Of a stretch of DNA of 64,000 nt, positions 1-12,460 are shown in pieces (positions within the stretch are counted from its first letter, which is position 1; each line of letters opens with the position of its first letter). Location of the stretch: positions 496,001-560,000 of the forward strand of contig BROI01000022.1 of the NCBI GenBank assembly GCA_027923505.1, read 5' to 3'. The translations under genes and the position numbers were made by a program. The notes under the pieces were generated by a model. It did no database searches and was not told the DNA's origin. It saw only the letters and a list, made by a program, of their open reading frames with translations. The stretch is from Mayamaea pseudoterrestris. Its lineage: Eukaryota.

Positions 1-2410
1 TCAACGTAAACCGTCACGATCAAGACCAGTTCACCGTCGACATGCTTTAGAAAGACGCACGGATCCGTCTTCGACTGCACCAAGTTCATGTGCTTCGCAT
101 CCTTGAGCAGCTTGATAAAGTACTGCTGCCACAGTCTCGACGCGTTCACTTGTCCATACTGGGTCATTGACAGACGAATGCAGTGTCGTGCGATTGAATG
201 TCCTTCCTTGCGACTCGCAATAGTCTTCGTAAAGGACTGGCGCCTCGATGTACAGCTCCGTCTCCGCTGGCGCTTGCAAGAATGCCGCGCACACATCGAA
301 CACTTCCGCCACTTTCCACACTTCCGTTCGCTTCGCATTGACTCGCTTGCCTGCATCCAACTGCTTCTTCTTGTATAGCGACACACCAAGATGAGTGCGG
401 ATTGATTGATCGACTGGCGTCGACGCAAAACTCTCTTCAAAATCAATTCCTGGCACCATTTCGTATCCAAGCACTGTATTCCTTACGCGCGCTTCAATTT
501 CCTTTGTGATCGGGTTCATCTTGTACGTAAAGACGTTCTTCGTTCCAAGTGTCTTTCGATTAGGAGGACGAGGGACTTCAGTCCACGCTTTGCCATCAAA
601 CTTGCCATACTCAATGAACGTAGGCTGCTCCCAAGTGGCTCGATTCTGCTCATTGTACGCCTCCCTCCAGTTCTTCGGGACAGGCGGTGGCGACTTGCCT
701 GAAACCACAGCAAAGACTAGATCTGCAAGGTTAACTGGATCCTCATGGTCACTTGTGATGGATCCTCCCTCCTCGATTGCAATCACGGGCGCGCCAGCCG
801 TGCCCTCCTCGCCGCTAACGTCGCCAACTCCGATAGGTGCGCCACCATGTGCAAGTTGTTCTCCAGCTTCGATCTCCTCCGTTAAATCAACCACAGCTCC
901 ACGATCAATCACCTCGTTTAGTACGCGACCTTGCATCAACTGCTGTCCATGGTCAACTTCGATATCAGCAGCTGAATCCCTCCTCAAGGGAGCACCACGA
1001 GAACGAGTCATGATCGGCGAGCGCATCGGCACATTGCGCGGCGGGCGAGGGCCAGTGCGCGCCGGCGCAGTCGTGCCATCATCCTCCACTTTTCCATCCG
1101 GAGGCATTCCACCATGACCAAAGCTCCCCAACGATTCATCGTCAGACTCTTCAAAGAAACCTTCTTCATTGCCATCATCGTCGTCTTCTGTACCCTTTTT
1201 AACGAAAGGATAGACCCACCGAACATCTTTTGTGGCAATCACTTTACGTGTGGATCGCTTGTAAACCAAGCACGTTTCTGCAGCGTGGCGTGGAGCGTGT
1301 CCCACATAAAAGCATTCCTCCGCCTTGGGGACAAAATGGCGTTGATTCACCATGGGGATCTTGTAATAACCACGCGCTCCAAAGGGAAGCAGATTCTTTG
1401 CTCGCACAGGCACAGTCTCTTTGAAAGGGGTGTAAGCGTCGGTATATCCAAGGCGCGGAATCAAATTGTCCTTTACCGTCGCCAGCTCGAGGCAATTTCC
1501 CCACAACGCCATCGTCTCAGCGTGGGTCAACTGATTCTCCTCAGCCATCATACTTGCGTGTCCCTTGTTGCGGATTGTTGGAAACGCTCTCTCCACACGG
1601 CCGTTCTGCATTGGCGTGTGAGGCGCCGTCTGCTCTATCTTGATTCCTCGAACCAAGCATGGCTCGACAAGCAGCTCCCATTCCGGTGCGTTGTCGCAAC
1701 GAAGAAAACGACAACGGAACTCCTTCGCCTTTAACCAATCAATCAACGCAACAATCTGCTCGGTAAACTCGTTCTTCTGAGCGCCAAAGTAGCTCCACTT
1801 GCGACGAGTTGCATCATCGACGATCAAGCACCAGTAACGATTCTTGCCGAGAGACTCTTTATACGGACCGCTCAAGTCGAGAAACAAACGCTCACCAGGA
1901 TGCTTCGCCTCTATCTCCGTCTTCTTCTTCACGTTCTGCGACTTAGCTTTCGCCTTCTCGCAAGCAACGCAAAAAGCCAACGTTCCGACAAGCTTCCAAC
2001 CAAATTGCTTCGCCATGAGCTTCAAGTGCGACATACCAACGTGTCCCAAGCGACAGTGCGCCTCGTTGATCTCCATTCGACGCATGGTCCGGCGAAGAAT
2101 CTTCCTTTTCATCATCGAGCGCATTACCAGCAGCTTCTCCAAGTGAAAGAGACAACGTGCGCTGCGTCTGCTCGTCTCGCGATGCCTCCAAGTAAAAAAA
2201 GTTTACCGTCGGGGTCACGCTCAAAGTTGATTCCACGCTCCCTTCCCTTCGTTGTTGTCCAAGCGACTCGAATACACTCCTTGCTCACCGACTTGACGAA
2301 ACATCCTTTATCCAAAAGCTTGCTCAAACTGATAATAGTCGTGCGGAAACTGCGCCATGATCGGTACCTCAAGACAAAACGAGTACCATCCTTCGTCACA
2401 GCGGCAAGTC
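1..2410 (-). pseudogene. Copia Pol (protease C-terminus, integrase, reverse transcriptase), frameshifted
   Basis: Coding continuity jumps between ORFs 2124..2468, 1943..2236 and 31..2142, and again near ~185 into the frame carrying the RT YG..W, DPC and YV(D) motifs. Confidence 0.85.
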
Positions 2411-4027
2411 TCCCATCTGAGTTGCCACGCAGCGAGTTCCATCGGCAATGATCAAGGTACGGTTGCAAGCCCTCAAGTTCACCATCGCATCAGCGCAATG
2501 GACTCCGTGCGTTCCGCTGCCCGAGTCCAGCATGTACTTGTTGTCGTAAGCTTCGTCGCGATCCGAGACTGCAAAAACCAAGTGCTTCTCCTCTTTGTCG
2601 ACCTTCGATCCATTGGTAAGTGAATTGTTGTTATCGATGCTCTCGTTCGGGCGTAACAAGACGGGCATCTCACTCGAATCATCGCTATCATATCCACTCA
2701 GATTGCGAGGATTCAAGCTCGGAATTGATGATCCGCTTTCAGTGCTTTCGTCGTCCCAATTCGTGTCGCACGGGACCGAATCGCCATCTTCGCTATCCTT
2801 GAAGAAAGACCAGTCATCATCGTCTTCCTCAATCTCCATGGTCGAGCGCTGGTTGCAAATCCATTCGAGCGCGCCCATTGGCTCTCCATACGGGGCTGAC
2901 GTCAGATGCACCTCCGTCGGCAGCTCACACGATTCCTCTGACGTCACTGGCACCTCCATCGACTGCTCCTCCATGACGGCCATCAACCAAGGATCCTCGT
3001 CTTCCGAGTCTTCCGCATTAGAGCGACTGCCTTGACTGTTGTTGCTCTTCTTCTTCGGGCACTTGCTAGCGTAATGACCCTTCTCACCGCAAACGAAACA
3101 GGTAACTGTCTTCTTCTTGTCGCCGTTTCCTTTGCCGCCGCCGCCGCCATTGTTCTTCGCGTTGCCGCCCTTCTCACCCTTGTCATCCTTCTTCTTGTCA
3201 GGACAATCGCGCTTGACATGACCAAACTTGTTACACTTGAAGCAGCGTTTCAATGGTGGCTTGCCAGGCCAAGTAGCTAAAGCCAAGTCGTCGCCTTTCT
3301 TGCCTCCCTTGCCGCCTGGGTTTCCGCTCACTTTCCACTCCTCGACAATCAACTCCTTAAAGTCCTTCAAGGTAAACGTTTCCTTCATAACGTTGCCGCG
3401 ATGAGCTGAGCAGAAAGGCGCCCAAGCTGTCGAGCGCTGGAGACACTGGAAGATGGTCGACTTCTTCTGGTTTTCGTCGTTCATGTACTTGGGGTCAACG
3501 TCTCCCAAGCGAGTGTTGGCAAGCTCAAGATCCGCCAACCAATCATGCGCCGTTGTGTAATTCCCCGGGACACAGTCAGAATACTCCTTCTGGAGCTGCG
3601 GGAGATCCGATATCATGTTGCCAGCCTCGAACTCTTCCTTCAGGAGCTCCCACATGGCAAACGCGGTAGTCTGCGCGCTAACTCGACGCATCAGGGCATG
3701 ATTCTCAATGCTATTGACGATAGCAGCTTGAGCTTTGGCGTTCATTTCATGGAGACGCAACTCTTGGGTAGTCGCTTCGCGAGTGGTTTTCGTCCCAGTG
3801 CTTCTCCCGTTCGAATCCTTCTCCTCCTCCTCAATTTCCATCATGAGGTACTCATCAGGACTCAACAACTTGTGCTTCGCCAACTTAGACAAGTCCTTGT
3901 TCACCGCACCGAGCGCTCCCAACCCTTCAATCAACGCGAGGATCTGCGGCTTCCAGTCCTTCCACGTCTCCTTCAACCCGTTCCACGGGACTTTGCGTAG
4001 GTTCTTGGCTTCCATGGTGCTTGGCAT
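2396..4027 (-). CDS. Copia Gag (two zinc knuckles) and aspartic protease, ending at a frameshift
   Basis: 543-aa ORF with gag-like N-terminus (TAFAMWELLKEEF), two CCHC knuckles and a DSG protease motif. Confidence 0.9.
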   Translation of the reverse strand: MPSTMEAKNLRKVPWNGLKETWKDWKPQILALIEGLGALGAVNKDLSKLAKHKLLSPDEYLMMEIEEEEKDSNGRSTGTKTTREATTQELRLHEMNAKAQAAIVNSIENHALMRRVSAQTTAFAMWELLKEEFEAGNMISDLPQLQKEYSDCVPGNYTTAHDWLADLELANTRLGDVDPKYMNDENQKKSTIFQCLQRSTAWAPFCSAHRGNVMKETFTLKDFKELIVEEWKVSGNPGGKGGKKGDDLALATWPGKPPLKRCFKCNKFGHVKRDCPDKKKDDKGEKGGNAKNNGGGGGKGNGDKKKTVTCFVCGEKGHYASKCPKKKSNNSQGSRSNAEDSEDEDPWLMAVMEEQSMEVPVTSEESCELPTEVHLTSAPYGEPMGALEWICNQRSTMEIEEDDDDWSFFKDSEDGDSVPCDTNWDDESTESGSSIPSLNPRNLSGYDSDDSSEMPVLLRPNESIDNNNSLTNGSKVDKEEKHLVFAVSDRDEAYDNKYMLDSGSGTHGVHCADAMVNLRACNRTLIIADGTRCVATQMGDLPL

Positions 4028-4066
4028 CTTGTCTTGAATCCTTTCTAAGTCGATCGTTTTAAAACG

Positions 4067-4440
4067 TGTTAGAAAGTACGGTTGTACAATACCAAATAAA
4101 GACTCTGCAATTGCTAACGATACTCGATATTATGACCTTATTCTGCTGCAAAACTACAATCGCTCCTCTCGCATCTTCAAGAGGTATCCTCTTCTGCAAC
4201 TTGCCTCAAGTTGCACTCAATATAGAGCATAAAGTAGCCATTCGGGCTGACGTTTGCACTTAACCACGTAAGCTTGTAGACTGACGCAAGCTCTTCTTGC
4301 AATTCAAGTTGAATCGCACCTTGTTGCTTTCTTTGGACCGTTTTGGCTTCTTGCGGGTTACCTCAGTCCACTCATCGTTAGCTAACTCATCCTCATCCTT
4401 AAGTCGGTCCGAGCACCGTGAAGACTTGCTATTCACAACA
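4067..4440 (-). repeat. Putative 5' LTR (374 bp) of the copia element
   Basis: On the minus strand it starts TGTTGTGAAT (4440) and ends TTTCTAACA (4067), giving TGTT...AACA inverted termini 40 bp upstream of the gag ATG. The partner LTR is outside the window, so this is unverified. Confidence 0.65.
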
Positions 4441-4872
4441 TGCTTCTTTTTTTCCTGACGTTTCCGGGCGCGCACTGCGGCAGGGTTTCGTCGTCGTGCT
4501 CCAACAGTCAGCGGTCGAACGGCAATATGCTGGTGTGCGTTGCTTAGCAGATGCAGAATGGTTCTTCGAAACGAAACATGTCCGTATAATGACATTACTT
4601 TTTCAAATGTAACGAAATCAATCGTTGATGAGCGATATTGCCATTGTGCTGTTCGTTGCTTGAACGATGCCTCCATGGCCGAGAACGAATGATGTGCGTC
4701 GTCGGTGTCGTACCTACGTCGTTCCGTTACTCAACTAGCAGTTTGTCCGTCGACCGAAATGCTTGCAAAAAGTCACTCCGTTACTAAATGGCAGCCAACG
4801 AAACGCATCATGTTCCTTGCAGCAAGGCACCTTGACAACATTACCATGATCAAGCCTGCGTCCACCACCACC

Positions 4873-6025
4873 ATGACCAAAGCAAACACGAAACAGGCGG
4901 CGGCAGTCGCAGCAAAAGGTACGGGAATGGCAGCAGGCGGTGACTTGAAGCAAGTTTTTGTCACACCGCAGCAGCGTCACTCACGACTGGATGGCATGTT
5001 CGTTCCTCTTGTGCACAGAAACAGCGCCCGCCGTTCACAGCGACTCGGATGACGATAGTCAGGATTCGTTGCTGGAGAATGCTACTGCGGCAAAGGGTTC
5101 CGTTTCCAAAGCGACGAAAACTAAAGAGTCGCAGCAGCAAAAACACCACAAGAACATTGAATCTACCATTATTTACATTGGCCACTTGCCCCGCCACTTT
5201 CAGGAGCACGAGCTACTTGTGCTGCTGAAACAGTTTGGCAGCGTCTTGCATTTGCGTTTATCGCGCAGCAAAAAGACGGGCGGCAGCAAGGGATACGCCT
5301 TTGTGCAGTTTGGCGAATCGAGCGTTGCCACGATTGTGGCCAACACCTTGAGCGGATACTTATTGGACGGCAAGCGACTTGTTTGTCACGTGGTGGCGCC
5401 GGATCAAGTGCACAAGCACATGGTGCACCAGTTTGTCAAGCCAAAGCGTGTCGTCCAACCAAAGGAGCGGTCGTTGGAAAAGGTGCAAGCCATTTCGCAG
5501 AAACTGCTCGAGCGACAGGCGCAGCGCAAGGAAAAGTTGGCAGCCATGGGAATTGAATACGAGTTTGATGGATATGCTGCAGTGAGCAAGAGCAAGCCAA
5601 CGACGGAAACGAAGCGTAAGGAATCAGTGGAGAGTGCCGCAGCTGCATCATCCAAAGTATTTCCACCCTCCGAGTCTGCCACGACAAGCAAGAAGCGCAA
5701 AACGTCCATGGACAGCTCCGACAAGACTACATCCAAGCGCAAGGGTTCCGTCGACTCGGCTCCATCAGCGACTGACACTGCCAGCGGCAGCAGCAAGACT
5801 GGCAGTGAGCGCAAGCGCAAGGACTCGATCGGTTCCGCCGCCACAACCAGCGAAACATTGGCAAGGAAGCAACAGAAGCACGTCAAAGAGTCTGTCGTCA
5901 TTGTCGATGGTTCTGTAGTGCAAGCCGACGTCAAACCAAGCAAAGCAGTAAAGGATCCACAGTCAGAGCGCAAGGCTGGCAAAAAGAAGGAGAAGCGTTC
6001 AAGTGATCGGAGAAAGTCAACGTAG
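4873..6025 (+). CDS. NOP15: Nucleolar RRM protein, NOP15/NIFK-like; exons 4873-4918 and 5019-6025
   Basis: RRM IIYIGHLP...LRLSRSKKTGGSKGYAFVQF and 'KLAAMGIEYEF' tail. The GT(4919)-AG(5018) intron keeps the frame. Confidence 0.85.
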
Positions 6026-6479
6026 TAGGTTTTGATTAATTATTGCCCTCTAGTATGTAAGCCTGTCTTGAATCAACAAGCTGAAGTGACGGTCTCTGGC
6101 ACTTCTCCACACCTTGCCTGTCATTGCTGTAGAGTGTACCAACATGTGACAATGCTGCTGCTGCTGCTGCTGCTGCTACTACTACTTCTTGTGTAGTTCA
6201 TACACATTCCTTGGTCAGTAGGCAAAACTAGACTATTTCTTGATGGTAAATAATTGGTAGATGGTAGATAAGTGGTTGATGATTAAGGCTGCGTTACAAG
6301 ATGATATGCCTGGCTGGTGCCTCACAAGACTGCAATGTGGCTGGTGAGAACTTCTCACCAGTCGCAGCCCGCAGAAGCCGTGACATTCACTTGCTATAGC
6401 AATGATGTACTTACCGGTACATAGCGTTAAAAGAGCAGCAATCATGTACAATATCCATTGTATGGTCATATCTAGGACT

Positions 6480-7669
6480 CTATGTTACAGTTGCTGCTCG
6501 AGCCAGCTTGGCTCGCTCGTACCGCTGCTGCCCCTCGTAGTAGGCTTGCATGTCATGTTCGGTTTCCAATCGCAACGATGGAACTGCCATGGGAAGCTTA
6601 CTGTCATTTAGACTGACAAAGGAAAAAATACCCTTGGCAACGACTGGATTGTTATTCTCACTGCTGCTGTCAAGTTCGTTTGTCATTGACTCCAAGCTTG
6701 TCACCGTCGCCACCACTTGCACCTCCATACTCTTGGCGGAGCAAAAGGTTACCTTGGAACTGACATTGACAATGGTGCCAAGCTTGACGTAGTTGGAAAA
6801 CTCAATGTGAGGAATGGCCACCGTGACAACACTGGCCGACCGCGCGTGGCGGACCGCACTGGCGCCGGCGCAATTGTCCATCTCCTTCATGACGAAACCA
6901 GCCAGTGCCACGTTGGCGGCAATCACATTGGAGGGAAGCACGACGCGGTGAATGTGTTGCGTCGAGTCGGATGGTGTGCGAGTAGTGTTGTCGTTGCTGT
7001 TGTTGCTGCTGGTGCTGCTAATGCTGCTGCTCGATGATAATTCTGGTGGCTTGTGATTGGCGCGACACGTTCTGCAGAAACAAGTGTCGGTCATGTGTTT
7101 GAAGCACTCGTCGTTCGCTTCTGCGTCATTTGCCTCCAGCTTGGCTTGCTTGCGAGCCTGATAGGACTGCAGTCCTGATTGGTAGTGCTTCCACTCCGTG
7201 GTGCCAGTGGCTGGAACCATCAAGGATGGGACGTTAATGACCTTGACATTCGTTTCCCCTTGCTGCAAGGCAACGTACCAAAGATCGCCCGTGTTTGTGA
7301 CGCACTGCTTAATTTCACCGCCCGTAAAATCTTCGGCTGTCACAGTCACCTTGACTAGCATGGAATGCTGCGACGTGTATGCGATTGTGGCTGACACCGA
7401 GGCAAGCTGTCCAACGTGGAGCGGCTTCCAGAAACGCATATGTTCCAATCGCACCAAGACGGAGTAAAGTTTAGTAGATGTGTCGTTGTTACCATTTTTA
7501 TTGCCATTTTCATGGACAAATCGCGTCGAAGCCACCACTCCAGCCTGCTCCATGAGTTGCAGGATGCATCCTCCATGAACGGTTCCTCCGGGATTGGCGT
7601 CTTCCGGAAGCATCAATCGCACAAGTACGGGAGTAGCTGATGTAGACATGGACATACTTGAAATCATGC
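6480..7669 (-). CDS. Double hotdog-fold acyl-CoA thioesterase (ACOT7-like); start uncertain
   Basis: LMLPEDANPGGTVHGGCILQLME in the first hotdog domain, and a second domain (VVLPSNV..GFVMKEMDN..SMEVQV..FSFVSL). Confidence 0.85.
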
Positions 7670-8191
7670 TGATTGATTGACAGTGAGTGATCTGATACAG
7701 TAGTGGTTGCGGTTGAACGACTGTTTTGTGACAAAAGTCGCAAGACGAAGCTTGCCTTCCGATGCGAAATGGAACAGGTTGGAAGCGGTTCGCTTCGTGA
7801 TGCGCGCCGAAGGCCGTCATGCCCGTCATCGTCGCGAGCAAATCATGTCACACCACGACTACAATATTATTTGGATCATCGCTTGGTTGGAAGCAAGGCG
7901 CGCGAATTGTTGGTCTTGGCACCAAGGCCCAGCAGACAATCTTGTTAAGTAAATCTTCAATTTGCAACTCCACGCAGGATTCGTCAGTCGTGAATACGAC
8001 AACGCACCCGTTCTTTACCAGTCATAATGACTTGACGAATGCGTTCCAACATTGCCTGCTGACCCAGATGGGTCACGATCTTGAAGCGACGGCGGAGTCG
8101 ATTGGCACGCACGCAAGTGTGATGGATCTCGCACCTCTAGTGTCACAAATCCGCACCGAAAGGCTCATCGCTTTGGCAGAAACAAAACAAC

Positions 8192-8845
8192 ATGAACGAC
8201 TCTCTCCCCGACCTTTGGACATCTACCGTCACCATGCTCATGGATCTTGACGATGACGATGAAGACCCAGCAAGCAGCAGCAGCAGCAATGAGCAAGTCT
8301 TTGTCACGAGCGAAAGCTGCTACAACTACGACGATCCTGACGCCTTGTATTGGATCAACGCAGACGACAATGAAAATATCGACATGGAAGCAAGCAGCTC
8401 CACTCTCATTGACTTTCAATTACTTTCGCCGCCATGCAGCACCAGTTTTGGTGCATCCGGCCGCAAGACAAGTCTACTAAACCTGTATTCCTTGGGATTT
8501 CCCTTTTGTGTGTCGCCCGACGACTCGGACAGCGACGGCTGCTGCCCTAACGACGAGGAACGACTCTGCTTCGACAGTCTGCCGGCTCCTCCACTCTTCT
8601 TGTCGACGTCGTCATCAGCAACCAGAGCAGCAGCAGCAACTGCTGCCAACCGCAAGACTGTCACAGTGTCACCTCCATTATCACCATCCTACCAACTCTC
8701 CGCCCAAGCCTTGCTGGAAAAGATGCAGCGGACCGACGAGACCCGTCGCAAGCTTGGCGGCCACCAAACGTACGTGTCGCTGGACACTGGCACGCGCGAG
8801 CAGCTCTTTCACTGCCTTCAACGAGCGGCGGCGCAAATGGCGTAG
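8192..8845 (+). CDS. Hypothetical protein (217 aa)
   Basis: ATG in an AAACAAC context, acidic N-terminus and C-terminal helix 'LLEKMQRTDETRRKL'. No recognisable domain. Confidence 0.6.
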   Translation: MNDSLPDLWTSTVTMLMDLDDDDEDPASSSSSNEQVFVTSESCYNYDDPDALYWINADDNENIDMEASSSTLIDFQLLSPPCSTSFGASGRKTSLLNLYSLGFPFCVSPDDSDSDGCCPNDEERLCFDSLPAPPLFLSTSSSATRAAAATAANRKTVTVSPPLSPSYQLSAQALLEKMQRTDETRRKLGGHQTYVSLDTGTREQLFHCLQRAAAQMA

Positions 8846-10697
8846 TATAAACGTCATGAGTGAATTGAAAATCACGTTGAACCAGTGAATAATAAGCCAG
8901 CAGCAACTTTGACTCGACAACGCAGCAGCAAATACACACCTCGTTAGAATGATATACATGTTAAATTGCTGCCACGTAATCTTGTTACGACATGATTGTT
9001 TTTTATAAAAATGGAATTTGTAGTCGGCATTCGCTTCGCTCGCAACTCAATGCCGCGCATGATCTCATGGTCGCTGTTGCTGCACGTCGGAAAGCAGCAA
9101 GGTTCACGAAACAAGTGTCAACATTTTTTTGTCAACATGAAACAGTAGTCTTTCTTCTTAATGATGCGCAACTTGGTTTCCCACAAATCGGAACGCTGCG
9201 ATGATTGGTGAGTTACAAATTGTACCGTACCGGTAGGGTCCAATACAGTGCAGAACTGTGACGCACTCACGTCGGTCCGTGGCTCAAGCTACCTCACCCG
9301 CAGGACGGGTTAGATTCGTTGCGTCGCCTACTTGCCCTTCAAACGATTCACCAATTCTCCATTTTTGCATTTAAACTCAAAGCTTCGTCTGGTTGTCAAG
9401 CTCTCGCTGTGAGAAAGACATGTTGGAACATTTGCCTCTCAGGGCTGGCTGAGGAATGTGTTTGACAGTCATCATCATTTGCAATAAACTTTATGTCGCT
9501 TGCAGGGAAAGTGGTGTTCTTAAGATAGACAGTGCGTAGCTGCTCTGCACTTGCACAGGACACGGGACATTGAGCACTACCGTAAAAAGATCCCTCGAGG
9601 CGCGTCGCTGAGCATGCCATTGCTCCATTCATTAAAGCTACAGTTGCTTTTGGCTGAGGAATTTTGTTCGATTATCATCATCAGCTCAAGCATACGGTGC
9701 GTCGCTTGCAGAATAAGTAGTGTTCATAAAGGTGGACAGTGCATAGCTACGCACAGGGCGGGAAAGCATCGAGCACTACCGGTATAGGCGGCGCCTCGGG
9801 CTCTCCATCCATTTTCGGCCGGACTATTTCCATGCAAGGATGTCTACAATTGAGTTCTACGTTCTACTTCTCTTCGGGTGCTGCCCTGCTTTGCGATTCT
9901 CCGTCCCCGGTCGTCAACTTCACGTGCCGGTACATACTCCTACTCCGCAGTTTGCATCCAACTCCGGCAACAGCTTTCGGTCAATCTACGAGCGGTAGTC
10001 CCACTGATCGACAACTCCAACGTGTCAAAGCGAACATTGCTCGAAAGTGAAAGCGCCATGTCACCACGGCCTTCAAGAATGGCAATTGCGTTAATCTTGC
10101 TTGCGTCAACGTGGAGCTAGCGAGGGGCAATGCTTATACTGGTAATTTGAATCATTCGTTCAAGCATCTCAATGTCCATGTGGCGTTCTTGTCATGCGGG
10201 GCATAGAATCAATTGAACGTTGTGAATGCATCTTCAAAGTGCGATTCAAGTTAGTCTGTATCATCATTGCCCTTTTTGAAGTGTCCCAATCAAAAGAAGT
10301 CTGCTGGGACGGATCGTTGGTCATGGATTGGAATGGCGAGATTTCTGGCGCACGATATTCGCCGCACTTGTGACACGAGGTTGCGTACGCACTTGATTAG
10401 ATGATGTCACCTACATTATGCTCCATAGTCAAATATTCCGAACAACAATATTTCCGAAAATGGCGTTCCAAGAATTCTGCAAGCCCTGACGTCAAACTCC
10501 AATGGGCTGTTGGTAGTCGTTGACGTAACCTCTAGCGTACCGCAAAGTGTACAATGGTTGATCCAGCTGGTTTCGGTCGCGCGACCAACGAAAATAGGAT
10601 CGCTCCAGCGTCCCTCTGTCGGCGAAAAACTGTTATTCCATTCCATTCTCATATTCGCCGCAACCAAATCCATCACTCTCTCACTCTCTCGACTACC

Positions 10698-10882
10698 ATG
10701 ACTTCTTCCACTACTACACTGATGAACAACAATACCAGTAACGACTGGACTAGCATCATATCGGCTGGCAACACTGGCAACCAGGACGAAATAATCATCG
10801 CCGACGACTTTCTCGACGTTCACTTTTTGGGGGACGACTTGCTGGACATTTACGGAGATGCCATTGACGAGGCCAATGAGCA

Positions 10883-10915
<33 letters not shown>

Positions 10916-12460
10916 AGTGAATCAGCAGTGTAAGTGTATACTACATGTATATATAATGAAGGTTGATGCAAGAGCGTTCAGTCGCTGACTCCTTCTTGCA
11001 CCTTCATCTGCATCACAGATTCGCACCAAACGATGATTGTTTCCGACGAGATTCCCATCTTGGCCAACAATGATTCCATACTCAATGGATTCGCCAGTCT
11101 TGTGAATCCGCCGCCAACCATTGTGGAGAGCGATGCGTTCGACAAGAGCAGCTCGTGGGTTCATTCGTCCCTCTTGCAGCAGCAGCAAGTGCCAATCAAG
11201 ACTGGCAAGCGCAAGTTTACGGACGCGGCTACTGCTGCTGATGGCAATAACAAGAAGAAGCGCGCGACGCCACCGAAAAAGGAGGCAAAAAAGATTCCGC
11301 AGACTCCGACACTGGCACCAAAGCCACTGCAGCAGCAGCTGCCGACATCACCCACATTTACATTAACCGTATCGCTGCCATGCTCGACGCTCCAATCGGC
11401 TGGCACGGCCGACGACGAGTTCAAGGTGCACGCCCAAGCTGCCGTCACGGAGTTTCTCGAAAAGAACCACCAGGAGCAGCAGGACAAGGTTGATACCACC
11501 ACGGAACACGTCAAGGCACTCACGGCCGACAATTGGGTGGCTGGTGGTGGTAACAACACTCCTACAACCACGGACGTTTGCAGTCTCTCCGAAAACGATT
11601 GCTGCTCCGAAAGTAACAACAAACTCCCCCGCAACCGCCGCTCCGAAATGAACGCCGAGGACCGGGCCAAGCAGAACCGCGACCGCAACCGCGAGCACGC
11701 CCGCAACACGCGCCTCCGCAAAAAGGCCTACGTGGACGAACTCAAGTCGACGCTGCTGCAAGTGGTGGCGCAGCGTGACGCCGCCGCGCTGGCGAAACAG
11801 CATGCTGCCATGCGCGACCAGGAGCAGCGCGACGTGCGGTACCGCGTGGTGCAAGAGTTTATGACGCTGCGAGGTGCTCACGTCAAGGATGTGGCACGGT
11901 GGTCGGCCATTTTGGAGGACGACTTTTGCTTGACGCTTCCGTCGACGCCGTATAGGCGCATGGTGCAAAGCAACAGTGTCTGCGGAAGCAGTATTGGGTC
12001 CAAGCAAGTAATCACTGGCGTTGCGGAATGCATGTCGGATGCTTCCAACTTGTCAAGCTTTCTCCAGTCACTTGGTAGTCATGGAGGCGACGATTGTCCA
12101 GTGACGCTACAGTACAAGTGCGACCGCCAGGCCTTTTTAATGGACGGAGCATCCGCCATGGTTGACTGGGAGGCCGAGGCGGTGGGAGCTGCCGCAACTA
12201 CAACCTTTGCCGGCTTTGTTCGTTGCACCTTTTCGCCAGTCACCAACAAGCTTCGCGCCGTCAACATGTTTTTCGACACGGGCGTCGTCACCACCAAGAT
12301 TAACTCGGTCGCTGTGACCGTTGCAGGCAGCGCATCGTCGGCTGCCTCCATCTCCAAGGAGGAAGATTCGTCATTCGAAGAGGAGCAAAGCGTGCAAGAC
12401 GAGGAAACTGCCGGACGAGTTCCATCTACGATTGAACTATCGTCGCCCGAGTTTCATTAG
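10698..12460 (+). CDS. bZIP transcription factor; exons 10698-10929 and 11019-12460
   Basis: Basic region RAKQNRDRNREHARNTRLRKKAYVDELK, an in-frame GTAAGT..CAG intron and a polyQ tract. Confidence 0.9.
10881..10916 (+). repeat. (CAG)n microsatellite encoding polyQ in bZIP exon 1
   Basis: Tandem cag run with one caa interruption. Confidence 0.9.

Larger units (their letters stand above)
1..4440 (-). mobile_element. Ty1/copia LTR retrotransposon, 5' part (truncated by window edge), with several frameshifts
   Basis: Domain order is gag-PR-IN-RT. Two CX2CX4HX4C knuckles (CFKCNKFGHVKRDC, CFVCGEKGHYASKC), protease YMLDSGSGTH, GAG-pre-integrase HCRLGH..CVAC, integrase core (RLFLDLSGP, LRCDN, NGRVER), and RT motifs (FDVCAAFLQA; shifted frame YGQVNASRLW..DPCVF..VTVYV at the window edge). 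Confidence 0.95.

Noticed and set aside
4260..4676. 138-aa minus-strand ORF
   Set aside because: It straddles the putative LTR outer boundary at 4440, so it is probably a chimeric chance ORF.
6153..6186. (GCT)n(ACT)n tract and similar triplet runs (e.g. 58988-59010)
   Set aside because: These are ordinary microsatellites, not CRISPR-like or otherwise structured arrays.
9000..10500. Long intergenic stretch with short ORFs, a possible decayed gene or TE
   Set aside because: No recognisable motif, repeat or RNA structure. It may simply be the bZIP upstream region.
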